Assembly (NCBI GenBank): GCA_026936335.1
Contig: JAPMXV010000007.1
Span: 124,001 to 188,000, forward strand
Length of the DNA stretch: 64,000 bases
From: Mantamonas sphyraenae STR306
Taxonomy: Eukaryota > Protista > CRuMs
Direction: 5' to 3'
Shown: in pieces, positions 9,650 to 19,771 of the stretch
How positions within the stretch are numbered: position 1 is the first letter of the stretch
Layout: every line of letters starts with the position of its first letter
Made by a program: the position numbers and the translations under genes
The notes under the pieces: model-generated
Databases searched by the model: none
Seen by the model: the letters and a program-made list of their open reading frames with translations, nothing else
Told to the model about the DNA's origin: nothing

Positions 9650-12602
9650 TCAAATTTCTCCAAACCCCCCAGCCCCACTGCTCTCCTCCACCCACTTTTC
9701 GATTCGCCACGCAGCCACGTCTCTGTAGTATCCCAGCTCCCGCCCAAACACATGCTCCCGCTCGGGTTCGATGCCCATGATATGCATCAGAGCCTTCAGG
9801 GCCCGCCTGTGCCTTTCTTCCTCTCGCTGCAACCTGGCACGGCGCTGGCTCGGGCTTTCTGCCAACATCTGCGTCAGCACCCTGCGCGGGTTCTGCGTTT
9901 CCAGTTTTGCCAATTCCTCTGCAGACAGGCCTCCCAGCTGCGCCGCCAAGTGCCACTTGAACATCTCCCAGCTGTCTGTGCTCAGCAGGGTCTTGAACAA
10001 ACCCAACCAATGTTCCCGTGTGGATTCCCCTCCCTCCGCCTCCAGGCCTTCCACCAATTGATCCCTCTCCAAGCCATCCAGGTGTTCCCACTGCACCACG
10101 ACACGCTCCTGCTCCTCTTGCGCCGCTCCCTGCTGCCGACTCTCCTCGACCCCGTCTTTCACCTCTTTCACCTCTTCCTCCTCCTCCTCCTCTTGCACCT
10201 CTTCCTCCCCCTCTTCCTCTCCCCCTTCCTCCTCCATCTCCTCCTCCACCTCCACCACCTCCTCTGCTTCCGCTTCCGCAACCGGGGACAGCGCCCGTCC
10301 AATGCGCATTGTCTGCCCGCATGGCTTGTGCACGTACACCGACCGATCCTCCAGAAACGCAGATCGCAGCAGATACTCCTCCTCGTCTTCGTCCTCATCG
10401 CCGTCGTATTCATCCGCTCCATCTCCATCACCCTCCGCATTGCCTTCATCTCGAACCACCACAGTCTCCATGCCCAGCTCCTCCCGAGTCATCTCCAGCA
10501 CTGCTGAAACGACAGACAGCACCCGTTGGTTGTTTTCGTCCCGTTCCAGCGGCTGCACCAAGCTGACAATGGCATCTTTGTATGCCATGACCTCACGGAG
10601 TCGTGCTGTCGAGTGAGTGTGTGCAAGGACACGCGTGCCTTCGCGAAGGAGCTTGCGCAGCACATGCTGACATGCTTCCACCAGAGCAAAGCGCACCAGC
10701 CACGACCTGTCACACGAAAGTCGCTCCAAATGCGTCCAGGCGTCGTCAAACACACGACGGGTCAAACACGCCAGAAGCACCCCTTCGATACAGTACACGA
10801 TGGCCTGGCGTCCTTGCCAATGCGTGGCCAGCGCCGCCTCGTCGTCCCTTGCTTCGTCCAGCAGGTCACACAGACGCTGCATGCTGTGAGCCGCCGTGGA
10901 TGTGTCTGACCCGCGCAACGTTTCGTGCATCCAGTGGCCCAAACAGTCTCGCTGCCTCCAGTGTTGGCACGAACCGACGCGCAGGTGCTCAAACACTGCG
11001 TCTACGCTTTGGCTGTGCATCGCCAGCTGCTTGGCCAGCTGTTTGCGCATCGGTGTGTCGCAATGTTTGGCCGCATCCAGCAGCCGCGCTGCAGTCTTTG
11101 TCCCCGCTGGAAGCACACCCATGCACGATATGTAGAACTCACGCTGTTTCTCTTCGGTTTCGACATCCGCAATGTGGGTGTAGCACCACTGTGTGACCAC
11201 GTGCGCCACACGACCTCCCAGAACACCCATCCACAACCGCACATGGCCCCAGTTTGCCTCTGCATGGCCAGCCAACACACCCAGCCATGGCAGCACACAT
11301 GCGGTGAGAAACGTATCCAGCGATCCGTCCACATCCTCCAACGAATCCACCCACGCGTCCATGTCTCTGCTTGCCCGTCCGCCATCCACAAGCACCAGTC
11401 CCTGCGCCACCGCGCTGTGCATGCACGTCACCAGGCCTGTCACCATGGCGTAAGGCGCTCGTTGATCCAGCTCCTTGCACAAGGGTACCAGCACAACGCC
11501 GTCCAAGATGCAAAGGCCGCTCAGAAGCCATTCGTGTGCAAAGTCGTGCTTGTGAAGCTCCCTTGTGTTGAGTGCGTGCACATGCGCCATCAGTGGCCGT
11601 ATTATTTGGCTTTCTAGCGTGTGTACGCAGTGGGGCAACACGTAGCACGTGTGCACAAGCACTCGCAAAGCCTGCAGCCACTTGCGCAGCGACTGCCGGT
11701 GCTCCTCGCTGCGCAGGCACCGTCCCACCTTGCGCAGCAGAGCATGAGCCAGATTTGCACGTTCGCTCTCCACCACGGCCACGTGCAAATCCATCACAAA
11801 GCGCAGCGCGTGCACCAGCCACCGCAGTGCCGCGTCTGCTTGCGAGCCGCGCTGCAGCGCATGCACAAACCCTGCCACCAGCAGATTGCAGTGCAGACGG
11901 TTCTCTTCCATGTATGTACACAGGCGCACGTACTCCTGTGCGTGCGCCCTGCACTCAGACCGCCGCCCGAGGTCCGTTTGCCACCGGTGTCAGTTGTCAC
12001 GCGCGCCAATTTTCCTTGCCCCCCCTCTCACTCCTCCCACGTGTCTTTGAAACCTACCGAAGCACCTCTGTTAGTGTCACCAGCGCCAACAGACACTGCT
12101 GGTGGATGTCAATAAGATACGAGTCGTGCTGGCCTGCAGAGGCGTCGCTGCGGGACACCTCGTCCTCTTCCATGCACACCTTGAGGCTCTGAAGCAGTGT
12201 GGGTACATCGTTCACCAAGGCCCACTCCACTGCATTGCCCTTTGCCCTTTGGTGGACGTTGATGTCCAGAGCGAGCACCGAACGACACCATGCAGCAAGG
12301 CGAGCCACTGCAGCCAGCGTTTCCGGCTCCTCGTCCACCACAAACTCGCCCCCAGCATCCGCCAGGCCCTGGAGTTGGCTTTCCACAGTCTTGCGCACCC
12401 AGGGTGCGTGATCGTCCATCACCGGCAACGCAGTACGTTTCACCGGGGTCACTGTGGCCACCGGCGAGAACGTCATCGACGCCACCGAACCCGATGACAC
12501 ATTCACCTGGCCCGGAGAGGCATGCAACGACACCCATTCGCCGTCCGATAGATCCATGGCAGCCAACGACTGGCTGAACGGTGGCCAATGGCTAGTGCTC
12601 AT
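9650..12602 (-). CDS. Uncharacterised ARM/HEAT-like helical protein with acidic tract, exons 12602-12058 and 11948-9650 (~947 aa)
   Basis: Two ORFs join in frame through intron 12057-11949 (GTAGG..CTGAC..GCAG). Leu/Val-rich helical repeats, HEAT-like LSCDRSWLVRFALVEAC, long poly-E/D region. Confidence 0.65.
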
Positions 12603-12667
12603 TGCGATTCTTTGGACGAGACGGCGCGCCGTGTCGACCAGTTCAAACCCCTCCCATTCTGCATCGC

Positions 12668-14269
12668 ATGAGCAAGAGAGCGCGCCAAACCACGTTGTTT
12701 GGCACGGTGCTCGACAAGGAGCCGCCTCACGACGACATGCATGTCGAGGACAGCGATCCCGAAGAGGAGGAGCAGCACCTTCAACAATCATCGCAGCCGC
12801 AGGGCAAACAACCCAGCATGGCTTCCTTCTTTGCTTCCTCCTCGTCGACTTCCTCGTCTTCCTCGTCCAAAACACCATCATCGTCGTCTTCGTCCTCGGG
12901 TGTCAGCAGCAAGGCGGTGAACAAAGGGGGGGACGACGCCGCGGAGGTTCCCGAGAACCGCGTGTGCGCAGGGCTCAAGAACCTGGGCAACAGCTGCTAC
13001 ATCAACAGCGTCGTCCAGATGCTGTACCATGTACCTGGAGGCGCCATGGTGGATATGGTTCACCGCATCGTGCAACTGGAACATCAGGAGGGCGACGACA
13101 CAGCCGAGGGCTCACGATGCTGGGCCGCACTCGACGACCTCTACCAGCAGATGCGCACCCATGACAAAGGCGGCGTCGTAAGGCCCACTGCCTTTGTCAA
13201 CCACTTTCGCAAGGACGACCTCAGCCAGTTCTACGGCAACGGGCAGCACGACGCCCACGAGTTTCTCCAGTTTGTCCTGCAGGAGATGCAGCACGGCGTC
13301 GACAAATACGGCGCCCGCCTGTGGCAATCTCAACAACAATCGGACGACCAATCCACCACCACCACCTCCTCCTCCTCCTCCTCTTCTGCATCTACCAGCA
13401 ACACACACAAACGCCGCAACGACGAGTCCCAACGCGGCCTTGCTCAAGATGCTTCTGATCAGCTCACCCACCAGGACTCGCACAAGCGCCAACGCGTCGT
13501 CGACTCCTCCTCATCCTCGTCCACAGAAACCACCAGCACAACCACCGAAAGCACATCCACCACACTCACTCCATCCAAACGCCAGCCAAGGAAGCGCACA
13601 CGAAAGAGCCGCAAACAAGCACAGACGCTGACCCTGCCTGACGTGGACACCCTTCCATGGTTCCAAGGCTCCCTGTGCAGCAGCATCCAATGTGTTTCCT
13701 GTGAATGCACCTCCCAGCGCATGGAAACCTTTATGGACGTGGCGTTGCCGCTCGGATCCTCTCTGAGTGCCGCGCTGACATCCTTTTGCAGCGCCGAGGA
13801 GATGCGTGGTGCAGATAAGTACAGCTGTGGACAGTGTGGCCAGCTGTGTGAAGCCAGGCGCAGTGTGCTCTTTGCTGCTGCCCCTCGTCTTCTCCTGTTC
13901 CAGGTGAAACGTTTCGAGTACGATCAGGATGGGATGCAACACAAGCTCACTGCCACCATGGACCTGCCCAGCAGCCTGTGTCTCTCACGATGGAGCGCCT
14001 CCAGCAACACAGACGCCGCACGCATGTACAGCCTGTGTGGCATGGTCGTCCACCGCGGCGCTCGCGCAAACAGGGGCCACTACTATGCCCTCGTGCGCAA
14101 CACCCACCAGGCCTCTGGTGCACATCCGGGCAAGGAGTGGCTGTGCCTAGACGATTCCAAGACCACTCATCTGTCCTACCGCCAGCTGCAAGCCCACCTA
14201 AGCAGAGATGGCGCCACCCCGTACATTTTCGCCTTTGCTGCCACACCATCTCCTCAGTCCAGCTCGTAG
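12668..14269 (+). CDS. Ubiquitin-specific protease (C19), USP1/12/46-like, with N-terminal PIP box
   Basis: Cys box GLKNLGNSCYINSVVQ, QHDAHEF, Zn pairs CVSC/CGQC, His box HRGARANRGHYYA, LDDS; QPSMASFF near the N-terminus. Confidence 0.9.
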   Translation: MSKRARQTTLFGTVLDKEPPHDDMHVEDSDPEEEEQHLQQSSQPQGKQPSMASFFASSSSTSSSSSSKTPSSSSSSSGVSSKAVNKGGDDAAEVPENRVCAGLKNLGNSCYINSVVQMLYHVPGGAMVDMVHRIVQLEHQEGDDTAEGSRCWAALDDLYQQMRTHDKGGVVRPTAFVNHFRKDDLSQFYGNGQHDAHEFLQFVLQEMQHGVDKYGARLWQSQQQSDDQSTTTTSSSSSSSASTSNTHKRRNDESQRGLAQDASDQLTHQDSHKRQRVVDSSSSSSTETTSTTTESTSTTLTPSKRQPRKRTRKSRKQAQTLTLPDVDTLPWFQGSLCSSIQCVSCECTSQRMETFMDVALPLGSSLSAALTSFCSAEEMRGADKYSCGQCGQLCEARRSVLFAAAPRLLLFQVKRFEYDQDGMQHKLTATMDLPSSLCLSRWSASSNTDAARMYSLCGMVVHRGARANRGHYYALVRNTHQASGAHPGKEWLCLDDSKTTHLSYRQLQAHLSRDGATPYIFAFAATPSPQSSS

Positions 14270-14661
14270 CCCGACAGGTATGCAATCTCGTCGATGGAAA
14301 ACCCGTAGTGGTAAAACACAATGTAACAGAAGGCCATCAGCCAGCAGAGCAGAAACAGCAAGTCCAGCTTCGTGCTCATCTTCATGCTCTCCCCCGTCAG
14401 TTGCTTGCGCACCTTTACGTACGCCTCCATGTACTCCCTCGTCTCTTCCTCCGTCATGTTCTTCATTTCCTCCGAAGACATTTCCAGAAGCTTCCTCACC
14501 CTGCTGTGTTGCTGCTCCCGCTCGTTCAGCTCCTTCAGCTCTTCCAGCTCCTCCATCGTCTCCTCCAGCGACGCCGCCTTTCCGCCGCCCGTAGATTCCC
14601 CTGTCCCTGAGCTTCCTTTGGCCTTTGCTTGGCCCTTACGGTTGCGCACGCCTTCCGACAT
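14254..14661 (-). CDS. Small coiled-coil protein with C-terminal transmembrane helix (~135 aa)
   Basis: MSEGVRNRK..., E-rich helix, hydrophobic LDLLFLLCWLMAFCYIVFYHY. Fills the whole gap between the two USP genes. Confidence 0.55.
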   Translation of the reverse strand: MSEGVRNRKGQAKAKGSSGTGESTGGGKAASLEETMEELEELKELNEREQQHSRVRKLLEMSSEEMKNMTEEETREYMEAYVKVRKQLTGESMKMSTKLDLLFLLCWLMAFCYIVFYHYGFSIDEIAYLSGYELD

Positions 14662-14737
14662 CCACGTACGACTATGCGGGTTGGTTTGCGTTGTCCAGAG
14701 CCGTGCGCATCCGCGCCCAGCGTTTCCCGACCCACAC

Positions 14738-17003
14738 ATGCTCTGTGACGTCTGCGGCCAGGATTCCAGCACTCGCTGCGGCCAGTGCAAGTCTCGCAAC
14801 TACTGCGGTCGCGAATGCCAAACCAAGGACTGGAAGGCAGGCCACAAGAAGGAATGCAAGGCTCTCCAAGCTGCTGCCGCACAGGCCAGCTCCTCTCCAT
14901 CCGCCTCCACAAAGTCCAAGCCCTCCAAAAAGAAGTCTACCAACAGCTCTGCCAAGGCCTCCGCCTCCGAGGCTCAGGACACAGACGCCGGAGCGTCCTC
15001 TTCGTCCTCGGCCTCTGCTTCCTCTTCCGCCTCGGCTTCCGCTCCACAGCGTCCACTCAACATCAAGGTGACGGGCATCTGTATCAACTGCCAAAAGGAG
15101 TCCAAGGTTTCGTGTGGGCGCTGCGGCCAAGTCAGCTACTGTGGAAGGGTAGGTCGCGGGTGGTGGGTGTCGTCTGCCGTCTGCCGTTTGCCGATTCCAA
15201 CAGCGCCAAACTCACCCTGCCGCCCTCGCTCCGCACACAGGAATGCCAAGAGACGCACTGGAAGAAGCGACACAAGTACGACTGCCACAAGACGGTGCTC
15301 TACTCCGATCTGGACGAGGACAGCAACGACTTCCAAGAGCCCAGCGAATGGCTCTTTGACTCCCAGCGTGTCCTCGACGAACTCATGAACCCGATCGGCA
15401 AGAACATGCCCATTGCCGCAGGCATGATCAACAAGTTCAACAACTGCTATCTCAACGCTGTCGTCCAGTGTCTCATTCACACACGACCCCTTTCACGCTA
15501 CCTCTACACCGAGGAGCACGGCAAGAACTGCAACATGAGCAAGACCTGCATGTTTTGTGTCCTCCAGGCACATGCTCTCCATGCCTACCTTCTTTCGGGC
15601 AAGGTCATCGACCCCAAGAAGTTTCTCCAGCGTCTGAAGAGTGAGTTTTGTCCGGGGTTCATCCTCACCACCACCACCACCACCACCACCACCACCACCA
15701 CCACCCCTTTCCGCATGCCCGCCACCAGACACTCACCCTGTCCACCACACACACAGAACTCGGAGGACAGTTTGAGGTTGGCCGCCACGAGGACGCGCAC
15801 GAGTTTCTCTGTTACATGATCGACAACATGCAGAACGCGGCCCTGGACGGCCTGGGACGCATCTCGTACCGCAACTCGGAGACTACGGTGGTGCACCAAA
15901 TCTTTGGCGGCTACACCCTGTCCCAGGTGGCCTGCCCTGACTGTGACTACAAGAGCAACACGTTTGACGCCGTCCAGCACCTCTCGTTGGACATCCTCAA
16001 CGCAAGCAGCCTGTCAGAAGCCTTTCTCGATTTCACCCAGACCAATGTCGTCGAGGGCTACAAATGCGGCGGGTGCAAGCAGCCTGTGGATGCACGCAAG
16101 CGCACCTCCATCTTCCGCGCCCCCAACGTTCTCGTCGTCCACCTCAAGCGCTTTGGCTCGCCGTTTGGAAAGATCAATCGACACGTCACCTATCCGCTCG
16201 AGCTGTATCTGGGTGACTATATGGCTGCCGAGGCGCCGGAGGGCGACCGTGACCCTGTGTATGCCCTGTACGCCACCGTCTTCCATCAGGGCGTCACGGC
16301 CTTCATGGGCCACTACATCGCCTGCATCTTCCACGAGGGTTCCGGCAAGTGGTATGTCATGGACGACTCCAAGGTCTACCCCATCGACGGCAGCCGTGTG
16401 CTCCAAGTGCCTGCCTACATGCTCTTTTACATCCGCGTCGACCAGGTAGAGACCGACGAGTCCCGCGAGGCTCGCCTCAAGCGACGCAACCGCAGTTCCG
16501 CCTCGTCCTCTGCGGAGGAGGAGAGCGAAGAGCAGAAGATGGCACTGCCCGCCCCCACCGTCAAATCTGTTGTCATCGAACCCGACCAAGACGACAAAGA
16601 CGGCGAGCACATCCTCGTCATGGATTTTATCCTCGAGGGTGTCGACTCAGCCAAGCAGCTCCAGGTGGAGGTGACTCCATACGAGGCAACCGTGTATCTG
16701 CCAGGCAAATACTTTGTTCGCCAAGGCTTGCAACTCCCGCCCCTCCACGTCGACCAAGACGACGACACTGTCTCATACCGCGCCCAGTTCTTCAAGAGCA
16801 AAAACACCCTGCGCATCTCCATCCCCGTCCACAACTTTGAGGCCCTCTCTCGCAGCGAGAGCAACCTCTCGCTCGAGCTCAGCGAGAGCGAAGCCGACGA
16901 CACTGACCTGTGTCCCGACGGCCTTGCCTGTGAAGAGGGCACTACCTGCCTCAAGCGCCACACCGCCGATGAGATCGCAGTGTTCGAGTCGCAGGGCCGC
17001 TGA
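14738..17003 (+). CDS. Deubiquitinase with two MYND fingers, USP domain (USP36/42/plant UBP15-19-like), CS/PIH1-like domain and CCCH tail; exons 14738-15148, 15241-15640, 15757-17003 (~685 aa)
   Basis: CDVC..CGQC..YCGRECQTKDWKAGHKKEC; CINC..CGRC..YCGR|ECQETHWKKRHKYDC; NNCYLNAVVQCL, HEDAHEFL, VHQIFGG, GHYIA, MDDS. Introns are phase-consistent. Confidence 0.88.
15666..15704 (+). repeat. (CAC)n microsatellite in intron 2 of the MYND-USP gene
   Basis: About 13 perfect CAC units. Confidence 0.9.
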
Positions 17004-17019
17004 TCACTTCTGTTCAACT

Positions 17020-17960
17020 TCACTGCTTTTCTTTCTCCACCCCTGGCGCATCCAACGCACGCGTACGCACCACGCGGTCCACCAAGTTCAAACGTTGTGC
17101 AGCCTCTGCATCCATAAAGCGATCTCGTTCAGTCAACTCGGCCACTTTGCCCTCGTCCAAACCCGTGTGGTGTGCGTAGATGCTGTTCAGCCGCTTGCGC
17201 AGAGACACAATCTCCTCTGCGTGGATGGCAATGTCGCTGGCCTGTCCAGAGATCCCTCCCGAGGGCTGGTGAATCATGATGCGAGCGTTGGGCAGCGCAC
17301 GTCGCATCCCCGCCTCTCCTCCGGCCAGCAGCAGCGAGCCCATGCTGCACGCCTGACCCAGCACAATGGTGCTCACTGGACATTGGATGTACTGGTATGC
17401 ACAAGCCCACGCAAACACACACGATCCAGAAACAAGTGCACGTGGTACTGGCGTCAGGTGTCTGGCGTGCTCACCCCCGTCGCCGACCGGAGTCTTCCCT
17501 CCTCTCGTTCTCCCGCCCCCAAACCCACCTGCATTGTGTCGTAAATGGCCAGTCCAGCCGTCACCACCCCGCCGGGGCTGTTGATCATCAGTTGCACCGC
17601 CGCTTCGGGGTCCTCGGATTCTAGAAACAGCAGTTGCGCCGTCACTGTGTGCGCGACCGAGTCGTTGATCTTCACTCGGTTCACCACGTGTCAGTCCGCC
17701 CTCTCAATGAACCCCAACTCAGTGCGATTGCTCGCCCGTGTGCAATCATTCCCTCTCCAACCTACCTCGCCATTCAGAAACACGATGCGCTCCCGCAGAA
17801 GCCGTGAAAAGATGTCAAACGCTCGCTCACCACGTCCTGTTTGCTCCACCACCAGCGGCACCATGGTGCTCATGTCACACCGCTGCACCACACCAACAGC
17901 CCCTGTGCACCTTCCTCCCACCTTTTGTACAAGACGCGCAGTCTGATGCCGGGCAAACAT
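17020..17960 (-). CDS. CLPP: Mitochondrial ATP-dependent Clp protease proteolytic subunit; exons 17960-17766, 17669-17529, 17391-17020 (~235 aa)
   Basis: [48 protein letters not shown], catalytic S (ACSMGS), H (IHQP), D (RDRFM); Arg-rich presequence-like N-terminus. Confidence 0.95.
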
Positions 17961-17970
17961 GGAGGAAATT

Positions 17971-19724
17971 TCACTTGTCCGTGCCCGCGTCCTCTTCCCC
18001 CTCCCCCTCGTACCCCATGGCAATGCCGACCCGCCCTTGCTTCGCCTGTTTCACCTCTGTCTCGCCCCACTTCACCTCCAGCCCCTGGAAACTGCGCTCT
18101 TGCAACCTGCTGGCCGCTGACGTCCCGCCTCCGGCAAGCACCTGCTTGCCCTCCGCCGAACTGAGCGTCAGCTCCCCGCTGCTCCCTGTGCTCCCGCCAT
18201 CCTTGCCATTGTGGCCTCGAGTGCGAATCCTGTTGTCGATGAGCGACTGGTGTACGCCATCGTCCTCCTCCTCCTCTTGCGTCTCCTCAGCCTCCAGTTG
18301 CGCCTCAATTTCCTCCAGCAGCCGCTCAAAGTCCGTCACGTACCGTCCTGTCCACTCCACATCCCTGCCCAGCGCCATCTCCAGCTCAAACGGCGTCACA
18401 ATTGGCTTCAGATACTCTTTCGAGTCCACCAGCGTGTTCTCGGGACACGCAATGTTCACATAAACATCCACCTCCATAAAGTTTGCCAGTTTGGGCACAT
18501 TCACCTTGCCCACCACAATCGTGTAGCTCTTCTTCCCTGCCTGTTTGATCAGCTCCTTCACACTTTCAATTACGTCCAAGTACTTGGCTGCATGGCGGAT
18601 GTTAGTGTTGCTCCCCCCCTCCCCCGGTATTCCTTCCCCGTTTGGGCCATGGACAATCATTGCACTTACACACACTCAACGTGGCCACCAGGATGCCAAT
18701 GATCTCTGCACTTTTGGCTGCCTCAACCATGTAGTACCGTCGCATGATCGCTCTGCTGCTGCCCACGCGAAGATCGTGCACTTCTCCGTTGTCCGGCTCC
18801 ACAATGCGCACCAGCACGTCGCTATGGTTCAGCGCCAGGTTTGTTGCGCATCTGTCTTCCGTGCCCAGATACAGCACCTCGCTTCGACCAGGCCACTCCA
18901 CCTCGCTCCCCAATACCACGTTCCGTCGCGCAATCACACGGCCTTCCCTCTCCTTCTCCTCTTCCTCACGGTCTGTGTTTCCCGCACGCCCCAGAGCCTG
19001 CTTATCCACAAGAGCCAGTACGAGCCTTCCCGAGGCCATCCATGGCGACAGTACCTCATCTGCCTCCAGGGCGGTCGCCAGTGCATCTGCGCAGTACAAG
19101 TACTCCACGCCCGGGTACACGACCAGTCCGCTTGTCGTCGAGCTTCCCTCCAGTGCTTCTGCTTCTGCGCGTACACTTCTCACCACCGCTTCCACATCCA
19201 CAGCCTGCCGTCCAAACACAAAGTGCACCGGAATGCGCGATGGTCTGCCCACAAGCAACCTCTCCGTGTCAGTGACCATGCAACACACTCCACTCCATGA
19301 CTCTGCCTCCACTCTACACCTCCTCGTTTCCTCCGTCCTCCATCGTCCATCCTTCCGCTTCCCCTCACCTGCTCAAGCACGAGCGTCCGTAGTGCACCAC
19401 AAGGTCCGCCTCGAAATGCTCTGCGCCAACCTCGTCCACGCAGCAACTCCCGTACGATGTGTCTCCCAGGATAAACACATTCTTGCCCGTCGCTTCCCCC
19501 AACAACTGTGCCACCGCCGGGCTGTCACTCAACAGCTCGTCCGGGAACTGCAACGCAATCCGTTCCGCGCCGCTCGCCGTCACAACCTCCACCGTCTCAT
19601 TCACTTCGTAGAACGTTTCTATGTCAAACGACTCTGCATCTCGCCCACGTCGGTCTTCTTCCCACCCCACCTGACGCTCCATTGCCCTCAGACCGGCATC
19701 CGAAAACGACGAGGGTTTGGACAT
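17971..19724 (-). CDS. DPH2: Diphthamide biosynthesis protein 2; exons 19724-19369, 19244-18670, 18587-17971 (~515 aa)
   Basis: [83 protein letters not shown]. Confidence 0.93.
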
Positions 19725-19771
19725 GTTTGGTGTGGCCCAATCATCGCATGTGCATTGCTCACTCACCGGCG

